A stretch of DNA of 64,000 bases from Pirellulales bacterium. Lineage in GTDB: Bacteria > Planctomycetota > Planctomycetia > Pirellulales > JADZDJ01. Positions within the stretch are counted from its first letter, which is position 1, and the number at the start of each line of letters is the position of its first letter. Both the position numbers and the translations under genes were made by a program. The stretch covers positions 2,250-66,249 of the forward strand of contig DATJYL010000112.1 in assembly GCA_035499655.1 (NCBI GenBank), read 5' to 3'. The notes under the pieces are model-generated. The model was not told the origin of the DNA. It was given only the letters and a program-made list of their open reading frames with translations, and ran no database searches. Positions 9,593 through 16,531 of this stretch are shown here, piece after piece.

Positions 9593-10510
9593 TTGGCGGA
9601 AGCAACTCAGGATATTTTACGTGTGTCTCACGTGGAACTGGTTCAAGTGCGCACGGCCGATGGTTTGCGACTGGATGGCGCCCTGGCTATACCCAAGCAT
9701 GCCGATCACGCCGTAGTTTCGCGAGGCTCCAACGTGCAGCATCGACCGCCGGTCGATGCCGCGCTGTGCGTGCACGGTACGGGAAGCAATTTTTACGGCG
9801 CGACTTTATTCGAGGGCCTTACGCCCAAACTGCTGGCCGATGGTCTGGCCGTGTTGCGGGTGAACACTCGCGGTCACGATGTGGTGAGTGTGGCCAGCAC
9901 GCTGCATGGTCCACGGCGATTAGGCTCGGCGCTGGAGCAGGTGGAAGATTGTCGGCACGATTTGATTGCCTGGCTGGAGTTTTTGGCGTCGCGCGGGTTC
10001 AAATCGGTGGCGCTCATTGGGCACAGCCTGGGAGCGATTAAGGCGCTGCATACCGCCGCTCGAATTCAACATCCGGCGCTGGCGCGACTGGTGGCAATTT
10101 CGCCGCCGCGGTTGTCGCATTCACATTATTTGGCCTCCGAGAAGCGGGAAGAATTCCTGACACAGTATCGGCTTGCTCAAGAACATGTCGCAGCTGGACG
10201 CGGTGATGCCTTGATCGAAAGGCCATTGTGGTTTTTGGCGTCGGCCGCCAGTTTCATCGACAAATATGGCCCCGACGAAAAATACAATTTCCTGCGCGAG
10301 TTGAACCGCCTGCATCTGTCCACGTTGTTTGCTTTTGGCGGCCTTGAATTGCAGGAAGCGAATTTTTGCGGCCTGCCGGAAGATATTTCCGCCGCCGTCT
10401 CACCAGCGCAAAATATCCAAGTGGTGACCATCGCCGGGGCCAACCACATTTACACGGGGCAAATCGACGAGCTGGCCCACAAAATTCGGGCGTGGCTGGC
10501 GACAAACTAA
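9593..10510 (+). CDS. Alpha/beta-fold hydrolase (DUF1749-like)
   Basis: HGTGSNFY, nucleophile elbow GHSLG, C-terminal GANHIY (catalytic His); start uncertain (TTG 9593 or a downstream GTG). Confidence 0.85.
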   Translation: MAEATQDILRVSHVELVQVRTADGLRLDGALAIPKHADHAVVSRGSNVQHRPPVDAALCVHGTGSNFYGATLFEGLTPKLLADGLAVLRVNTRGHDVVSVASTLHGPRRLGSALEQVEDCRHDLIAWLEFLASRGFKSVALIGHSLGAIKALHTAARIQHPALARLVAISPPRLSHSHYLASEKREEFLTQYRLAQEHVAAGRGDALIERPLWFLASAASFIDKYGPDEKYNFLRELNRLHLSTLFAFGGLELQEANFCGLPEDISAAVSPAQNIQVVTIAGANHIYTGQIDELAHKIRAWLATN

Positions 10511-10570
10511 GTTCGGCCGATAAAATCAGTTGTTTGCTGTTTCTGATACTGAATCGCCTAGGACCGCCGC

Positions 10571-11704
10571 ATGACGCCAAATCCAGTGACCTCGCCTGCC
10601 GATCTTAGTGCTTTCGTCGCCGCTGCCCGAGACCGGCTGAATGCCCACGTGTACGAAACCGTGCAGTGGCATTTTCATCCGTCAACGGGCTGCCCATTTT
10701 GGCTGGCGAAGGCGAGCGAGTTGAAATTCAATCCGCTGACGGAAGTGCGCTCCTTCGACGATTTGAAAAAGTTTCCGGAGTTCCAAGACGAATGGCTCCG
10801 CGGCGGTCCCGTGCGGCGGTGGGTGCCCAAAGCGCTGGCCGATAAGCCGATTTATGTGTTCGAAACCGGCGGGACAACCGGCATTCCTAAAAGCCGCATT
10901 GCCAGTGAAGATTTTCGCATCGATTACGAACTGTTCAGCCAAACGCTCCCCGAAAAATACTTTCCTCACGGCTCCAATTGGCTGATGTTGGGGCCATCCG
11001 GGCCGCGGCGGCTGCGGCTGGCCGTAGAGCATTTGGCGCAGCACCGCGGCGGCATTTGCTTTTGCATCGATTTGGATCCACGCTGGGTCATCAAGCTCAT
11101 CAAGCGCGGGTGGATGGAACACTTGGAAGCGTACAAGCAGCACTGCATCGAACAGGCGATTACCATTTTGCGGGCCGGTCACGACATCAAGTGCATGTTC
11201 ACCACGCCAAAATTGTTGGAGGCATTAGCGCTGGAATTGGAAAAGAGGGGCTCCAGTATTCCCCAGGAGGGCATCACCGGCATTTTCAGCGGCGGCACGG
11301 AGTTTACCCCGCAATGGACGCGGTTTGCCGTCGAAGAATTTCTGGGCGGGCCGCCGGAGCAAAGCGGCGTGTACATGACGCCCACCTACGGGAACACGCT
11401 GATGGGCCTGGCCGCCAGCAAGCCGGTCACCGCCGCCGACGGTTACAAAATTAGTTACTACGCGCCGCAACCCCGGGCCGTAGTGGAAGTGGTGGATTTC
11501 AAAAATTACAACAACGTGGTGGGCTACGGCCAAACCGGCCGGGCAAAATTGACCACGCTGACGAAAGAGTTTTTTGTGCCCGGCTTCATGGAGCGCGACG
11601 AAGGAGAACGTGAACCGCCGTACGAAAAATATCCCTGGGACGGCGTCAGCGGCGTGCGCCCGTTTCATGAACTGGCCGAAGCCACCACGGTGGGCGTGTA
11701 TTAG
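10571..11704 (+). CDS. LuxE/PaaK-like acyl-adenylate-forming enzyme (acyl-protein synthetase-like)
   Basis: AMP-binding loop FETGGTTGIPK, SGGTEF, TYGNTLMG; short 377-aa ANL-like fold lacking a typical C-terminal domain. Confidence 0.75.
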   Translation: MTPNPVTSPADLSAFVAAARDRLNAHVYETVQWHFHPSTGCPFWLAKASELKFNPLTEVRSFDDLKKFPEFQDEWLRGGPVRRWVPKALADKPIYVFETGGTTGIPKSRIASEDFRIDYELFSQTLPEKYFPHGSNWLMLGPSGPRRLRLAVEHLAQHRGGICFCIDLDPRWVIKLIKRGWMEHLEAYKQHCIEQAITILRAGHDIKCMFTTPKLLEALALELEKRGSSIPQEGITGIFSGGTEFTPQWTRFAVEEFLGGPPEQSGVYMTPTYGNTLMGLAASKPVTAADGYKISYYAPQPRAVVEVVDFKNYNNVVGYGQTGRAKLTTLTKEFFVPGFMERDEGEREPPYEKYPWDGVSGVRPFHELAEATTVGVY

Positions 11705-11735
11705 AGTGCGGAGTGGGTAGTGCGGAGTGCGGAGT
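11704..11735. repeat. Left heptamer arm (GAGTGCG type) of the four-helix-bundle cassette
   Basis: gagtgcg gagtggg tagtgcg gagtgcg gagt; begins at the last base of the upstream TAG. Confidence 0.9.
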
Positions 11736-11771
11736 TTTCAATCGGGATTAATTTCGAACAGGGCAAGGAAA

Positions 11772-12146
11772 ATGAGTTCCAACGATAAAGCATCGAAAGA
11801 GCAGTTGCGACCGCGGACTTATCAATTTGCTTTGCGAGTTATCCGCTTAGTCGATAGTTTACCGCGGTCACGCTCGGCAGATCACATCGGTGGGCAATTA
11901 CTACGTTGTGGCACTTCGGTGGGAGCAAATTACAGAGCTGCTTGCCGGGCCAGAAGTCCAGCTGAATTTCGAGCCAAATTAGGGATCGTTGAGGAAGAAT
12001 CCGACGAGGCGGCATTTTGGCTACATATTTTGGGAGATTCAAAGCTGATGAAGAAAGAACAGTTGATCGAGTTGTTGAAAGAATCCAATGAAATTACTGC
12101 AATGGTGGTTGCATCGATAAAAAGTTCTCGTCGATCCGATTCTTAA
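11772..12146 (+). CDS. Four-helix-bundle protein (23S rRNA IVS protein family PF05635/TIGR02436-like; Avd-like fold)
   Basis: RTYQFALRVIRLVDSLP...QLLRCGTSVGANYRAACRARSPAEFRAKLGIVEEESDEAAFWL...ESNEITAMV; AAGGA RBS before ATG 11772. Confidence 0.92.
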   Translation: MSSNDKASKEQLRPRTYQFALRVIRLVDSLPRSRSADHIGGQLLRCGTSVGANYRAACRARSPAEFRAKLGIVEEESDEAAFWLHILGDSKLMKKEQLIELLKESNEITAMVVASIKSSRRSDS

Positions 12147-12219
12147 ACTCCGCACTCCGCACTCTGCACTCCGCACTCCCCACTCCCCACTCCGCACTCC
12201 CCACTCCCCACTCCGCACT
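12147..12219. repeat. Right heptamer arm (ACTCCGC/ACTCCCC), 10.5 units, inverted relative to 11704-11735
   Basis: actccgc actccgc actctgc actccgc actcccc actcccc actccgc actcccc actcccc actccgc act; starts right after TAA 12146 and ends 1 bp before ATG 12221. Confidence 0.95.
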
Positions 12220-12220
12220 T

Positions 12221-13666
12221 ATGCTCAACCTTCCCGTTCTCCGTTGGGGCAAGCCGTACGATTCGCTGGAGAAGGACCAGGTGGTTCATTTCATCAGCGG
12301 CGAGCCGATTGCGGCGGTTAGCCAAGCGAACGGAGCCTTGCTGCAGCGCGATATGCGCAATGCTAAGAACGCCCGCAAGGCGCTGCTCGATTTCAAGCCC
12401 GAGGACTTGATCGAGCGGATTAAACAGGCGGCGGATTTGTATTTGAGCGCCACGCTGCCAATGGGCGATGGCACGCAATCGCCCGAGCAGTTTGCCCGGC
12501 AGCAGTCGGCCAGCACGGGTTTGCCCGAACACATGGCCCAGGCCAACATGGCCAAAAATCACTTCGTGTTGACGCACATGGAGCAAATGCTCGATGCGCT
12601 CACCCGCGGGCTACCGTTGGCAATACTGTCGCGCGGCTACGGTGTAGAAAGCCGTGGCGTAGTGGTGAGTTATCAGTGCCAAGCGCCGGCGCTGGGGGTG
12701 GTGTTGCCGTCCAATTCGCCGGGCGTGCATACGCTGTGGCTGCCGGTGATTCCCATGCAAGTGGGCTTGGTGCTCAAGCCTGGGCCGCAAGAACCGTGGA
12801 CGCCCTACCGCATGACGGCGGCGTTTGTGCAGGCGGGCATTCCGGCGGAAGCGATTAGCATTTATCCCGGCGGGGCCGATGCCGGCGCGGCCGTGCTGGC
12901 CAGTTGCCAGCGGAGCATGATCTTCGGCGGTACAGCCACGGTGGAGCGGTACAAGGGCAATCCGAAAGTCAGCGTGCATGGGCCGGGGTTCAGCAAAATT
13001 CTGCTGGGCGACGATGTGGTTGACGAGTGGGAGAAATATCTCGACGTGATGGTCGAGAGCGTGTTCGTCAACAGCGGACGGGGGTGCATCAACTGCTCCA
13101 GCATTTGGGCCTCGCGTCACACACAGGAAATTGCCCAAGCGATTGCCAAGCGAATTGGCCCGGTGGAACCCAAGTCGCCGGAAGACCCGACGGCGGCGCT
13201 GGCGGCGTTCACGGTGCCCGGACAAGCGGCAGGCGTGTGGAAAAGCATTGAGGCAGACTTGCGCGAAGCCGGCGTGGAACATATCACCGCGATGTATGGT
13301 CCGCGGCTGGTGGAACTGGAGCGGTGCGCGTATCTGCGGCCGACGGTGCTGCACTGCGAATCGCCCACGCTGGCGGCGTCCAAAAAAGAATTCATGTTCC
13401 CGTTTGTGAGTGTGGTGAATTGCCCCCAGGAAAAAATGATCGAGTCGATCGGTTACACGCTCGTCGGCACGGCCATCACCAACAATCCGCAGTGGCAACG
13501 CGAACTGACCGATGCCACGAATATCGATCGGTTGAACATCGGGCCAATTCCCACCACCAAGCTCGATTGGCTCCAGCCGCACGAAGGGAGCATCGTGGAG
13601 TTTTTGTTCCGCGCCAGGGCCTATCAACTCCCACCTGACCGGGTGGCGACCCTGGCGAATAAATGA
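12221..13666 (+). CDS. Aldehyde dehydrogenase-superfamily protein / LuxC-like acyl-CoA (acyl-protein) reductase
   Basis: VVLPSNSP, LVLKPG, MIFGG, HGPGFSK, catalytic Cys in NSGRGCINCSS, KEFMFPFVSVV. Confidence 0.85.
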   Translation: MLNLPVLRWGKPYDSLEKDQVVHFISGEPIAAVSQANGALLQRDMRNAKNARKALLDFKPEDLIERIKQAADLYLSATLPMGDGTQSPEQFARQQSASTGLPEHMAQANMAKNHFVLTHMEQMLDALTRGLPLAILSRGYGVESRGVVVSYQCQAPALGVVLPSNSPGVHTLWLPVIPMQVGLVLKPGPQEPWTPYRMTAAFVQAGIPAEAISIYPGGADAGAAVLASCQRSMIFGGTATVERYKGNPKVSVHGPGFSKILLGDDVVDEWEKYLDVMVESVFVNSGRGCINCSSIWASRHTQEIAQAIAKRIGPVEPKSPEDPTAALAAFTVPGQAAGVWKSIEADLREAGVEHITAMYGPRLVELERCAYLRPTVLHCESPTLAASKKEFMFPFVSVVNCPQEKMIESIGYTLVGTAITNNPQWQRELTDATNIDRLNIGPIPTTKLDWLQPHEGSIVEFLFRARAYQLPPDRVATLANK

Positions 13667-13668
13667 TC

Positions 13669-13729
13669 AACGCAAAGGTATGCAGAGAAATGTCGTCTGT
13701 GCTCTGCGTGCCTCCGCGTCTTTGCGGTT
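13669..13729. repeat. Imperfect inverted repeat with 8-9-bp internal period (CGCAAAG / CGCGGAG / CGCAGAG) between convergent genes
   Basis: aacgcaaaggtatgcagag ... ctctgcgtgcctccgcgtctttgcggtt; related arms at 51492-51668. Confidence 0.65.
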
Positions 13730-13742
13730 CAATTTAATTTGG

Positions 13743-14384
13743 CTACGGCTTGCGGAATTCCGCCCGGTAGACCGCCTCGCCGTGCAGCCGCATGCGGCGC
13801 TCGAAATGGGTCCGGAAATCCAAATCGTGCGCCGCTGCCTGTTCGGCCACCGGCAGCGGGCCGACCAATGGTGTCACCCTGGCAATCAATTCCAACGTGG
13901 TCTGAAAATACTCTTCCACGTCGGTCCAAAAATGAAGTGTGCCGCCCGGCCGCAAAACCCGCTCTGCCTGACGCAGAAACTGCTCGCTCATCACCCGCCG
14001 CTTTTTGTGACGCTTTTTCCACCACGGATCGGGAAAATAAACGTGCACGGCCACAGCGCACTGGTCCGGCAAAAACTCCGCGAAAACCCGCCGCGCATCC
14101 CCATGAATCAGCCGCGCGTTTTCCACCCCGCGCTTCGCCAGCCGGGCTGCCGAAAACCGCGCATATTTGGCCGCGATTTCCATTCCCAAAAAATCGTGTT
14201 CCGGGCGCTGGCTGGCTGCGGCACTTAAAAACAGCCCCTTGCCGCTGCCGACTTCCACTTCCAACGGCGCGGCGCGGCCAAACACGGCCACGGAGTCCCA
14301 CGGATGCGGCAACCGCTCCGGCGCAAGCAAATGCTCCGACAAATTCAGCGCCGGATCGATTTTTCGCAGCGAACGGCGTGACAT
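13743..14384 (-). CDS. trmB: tRNA (guanine-N7)-methyltransferase TrmB
   Basis: LEVEVGSGKG, FLGMEI, HVYFPDPWWKKRHKKRR, GGTLHFWTDVEEY, THFERR. Confidence 0.95.
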   Translation of the reverse strand: MSRRSLRKIDPALNLSEHLLAPERLPHPWDSVAVFGRAAPLEVEVGSGKGLFLSAAASQRPEHDFLGMEIAAKYARFSAARLAKRGVENARLIHGDARRVFAEFLPDQCAVAVHVYFPDPWWKKRHKKRRVMSEQFLRQAERVLRPGGTLHFWTDVEEYFQTTLELIARVTPLVGPLPVAEQAAAHDLDFRTHFERRMRLHGEAVYRAEFRKP

Positions 14385-14396
14385 GCAGAATCATCC

Positions 14397-14433
14397 GAAT
14401 GGCGAATCCCGGCGCGTCGGGACTCGTCATTTC
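14397..14433. repeat. Degenerate copy of the AATGACGAATCCCGGCG|CGCCGGGATTCGTCATT palindrome
   Basis: gaatggcgaatcccggcgcgtcgggactcgtcatttc, filling the rhomboid-trmB gap. Confidence 0.8.
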
Positions 14434-14436
14434 TAA

Positions 14437-15321
14437 TTAGTCCCAGCCTTCCGGCCAGCGTGGATCGTACGAATCGGGCCGACGTCGTGAAACATCGGGG
14501 GACTCCAAACCGAAACCGTGCCGCCGGTTCCAATCTTCGTCGGCATCCAACACCTCAGGCGGCTCCTGCGGCGCAGCCAGGGAAAACAGCGGCATCATCA
14601 CCGCCCCAACAATAAAGCCCCCCACGTGCGCCCACCAGGCCACACCCCCTGCCATTTGTCCCCCCAGCGCTCCCAGGCCGCTGAATAACTGCATCCCAAA
14701 CCAAAAAATTAAAAATACATAGGCCGGCAATTCGATCACCGTGACAAACAAAAACAAAATCACCAGTGTTTTGATCCGCGCATGCGGATACGTCACCGCA
14801 TACCCGCCCAACACCGCCGCAATCGCCCCGCTGGCCCCGATGATCGGCGTCGCGCTGCTCGGGTCCATGGCCCAATGCGCGGCCGTGGCCGACAATCCCC
14901 CCACAAAATAAAACACCGCGTAGAGTGCATGCCCCAGCTTATCTTCGATGTTATCGCCGAACAAAAGCAGATAGATCATGTTGCCGATCAAATGCAGCCA
15001 GCCGCCGTGCAGGAACATGCACGTTACGGCCGACAACATAATCTGTTGCGGTTGGGCGCGCAATTGCACCACGCGGGGCACCCCCACAATTTGACCCCAC
15101 CACAAAAATTGCTGCTGGCCGATCTGTACATCGACAATTTTGTGCGGATCGGAAACCTGCGCGACGCGCGCCGGCACAAATCCCCATTGCGCGGTCACCA
15201 TTTCCTGTTGCTGCGGCGGCAGGCTCATAAACCACAACAACGAAACGACGTTAAGGGCCACGAGAATATAAGTGACCACGGCCCAGCGCTTCGTCGGAAT
15301 GGTATCGGCAAATGGAAACAT
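14437..15321 (-). CDS. Rhomboid family intramembrane serine protease
   Basis: MFLHGGWLHLIGNMIYL, IIGASGAIAAV (GxSG), VAWWAHVGGF (catalytic His). Confidence 0.93.
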   Translation of the reverse strand: MFPFADTIPTKRWAVVTYILVALNVVSLLWFMSLPPQQQEMVTAQWGFVPARVAQVSDPHKIVDVQIGQQQFLWWGQIVGVPRVVQLRAQPQQIMLSAVTCMFLHGGWLHLIGNMIYLLLFGDNIEDKLGHALYAVFYFVGGLSATAAHWAMDPSSATPIIGASGAIAAVLGGYAVTYPHARIKTLVILFLFVTVIELPAYVFLIFWFGMQLFSGLGALGGQMAGGVAWWAHVGGFIVGAVMMPLFSLAAPQEPPEVLDADEDWNRRHGFGLESPDVSRRRPDSYDPRWPEGWD

Positions 15322-15439
15322 GCCCAGGCGATGGAGTAGTTTTGGCCGTCACCAGGCTGGCCATGATGGACGACAGAGCGAAAAACCGGTCCCTGGAACG
15401 CCGCAACCCGGGGATGGGCCGGCACGGCTTCAATCATAT

Positions 15440-15985
15440 TCAGTTCTGTGCTGGCAGGGGCACCGGTGCCGCTACGCTTAGTCCCAGCGCTTCCAAATCC
15501 AGCGGCAAGGGAATGCCTTTCAGCCGACCCTCTACCACCATCGCCTCTTTCACAAAGCCTTGAAAACGGCAGATTATCATGGCCCCGCGGCGGACTTTTA
15601 ACAATTGGACGACCATCACCAGCCGATCGCCCGGCAGCACGCCGCCCCGAAACTTGACTTCCTCCAGCCCGCCAAAGCCCACTACTTTGGCTCCCAGCAA
15701 ATCGTATTTTTGCACAAAGTAACTGGCCAATTGGGCGGCCACTTCGCAAATGATGACCCCCGGCATCAACGGCGCCTTGGGCATGTGCCCCCGAACCCAA
15801 AACTCGTTGAGAGTGATTTCTTTGTAACCAATGCAAATCTGCCGCTGCGTATCGCAGTGGCAAATGGCCGTCAGTTGCTCCATTTCAAATCGCTGCAAAT
15901 TATAGCGCCGAATTTCCTCGATGTCCGCCACGACGTGGTTCACGTCGTATTCGGAAAAATCCAATATCAGCTCTTTGCCAGACAC
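15440..15985 (-). CDS. FabZ/FabA-like 3-hydroxyacyl-ACP dehydratase (hot-dog fold)
   Basis: QRFEMEQL, EFWVRGHMPKAPLMPGVIICEVAAQ, VKFRGGVLPGD; GTG start. Confidence 0.88.
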   Translation of the reverse strand: MSGKELILDFSEYDVNHVVADIEEIRRYNLQRFEMEQLTAICHCDTQRQICIGYKEITLNEFWVRGHMPKAPLMPGVIICEVAAQLASYFVQKYDLLGAKVVGFGGLEEVKFRGGVLPGDRLVMVVQLLKVRRGAMIICRFQGFVKEAMVVEGRLKGIPLPLDLEALGLSVAAPVPLPAQN

Positions 15986-16004
15986 GCAGGAACCCTCAGA
16001 GGGA

Positions 16005-16044
16005 AATGACGAATGACGAATCCCGGCGCGCCGGGATTCGTCAT
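16005..16044. repeat. Perfect 32-bp palindrome with AATGACG heptamer tails
   Basis: atgacgaatcccggcg|cgccgggattcgtcat (16013-16044) preceded by an extra aatgacg unit. Confidence 0.92.
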
Positions 16045-16392
16045 GTTCTTTCTACGTCCGTATGTGCTTCCGCTTCATCTTTCGGGCTTTGCTATTGGCA
16101 GGACGGGCCCCGTGATTGGCTTTTTTCAAATTGCGATGTGGCTTGGCCATGAACGGTTTACTCCTCGTGCGAACTTGGTGTGGCTTGGGCACAAAAGAAC
16201 TGTGCCGCACTCGTTCAAATTACCATCTTCCCAGGCCCATGTGAAGCGGACCCACGCCAAGCTCAAGATACCGTGTCACCCCAAAATTCCGACCCCACAA
16301 AAACGCGCACGGGCAAACTTGCTTGCTCCCAAAATCGTGTCCGGCAAAATCAACGCTCTTCCAATCGCCAACTGGCAAGCTCGCGGCGCAGC

Positions 16393-16420
16393 AAAAAACC
16401 CCCGACTCCTCTCGGGGGTT
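16393..16420 (-). terminator. Probable intrinsic terminator downstream of the S41 protease gene
   Basis: 9-bp stem aacccccga/tcgggggtt with 6-nt loop and an adjacent A6 tract (U tract on the minus strand), about 110 nt after stop 16532. Confidence 0.65.
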
Positions 16421-16531
16421 GTGAACATGTAACGATTATGACCAAAAACCGCTGCCCACCAATCGAACGTTCGCCGCTCGTCACTGCTCATCCACTCACG
16501 GTTTCCTGTTCTCAGTCCCAACGGCCCCTCG

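Larger units (their letters stand above)
11704..12219 (+). mobile_element. Candidate heptamer-arm-bounded cassette carrying a four-helix-bundle gene
   Basis: Inverted heptamer arms at both ends, low-GC cargo (hand count about 37-50% vs about 60-68% in neighbours), inserted exactly between a stop (11704) and a start (12221); mobility itself is inferred. Confidence 0.5.

Noticed and set aside
12147-12219. Tandem arrays as a CRISPR locus
   Set aside because: Units are 7 bp, contiguous and without unique spacers; no cas genes in the window.
10571-13666. Bioluminescence (lux) operon
   Set aside because: No luciferase luxA/luxB-like gene in the window; similarity is only to the reductase-complex functions.
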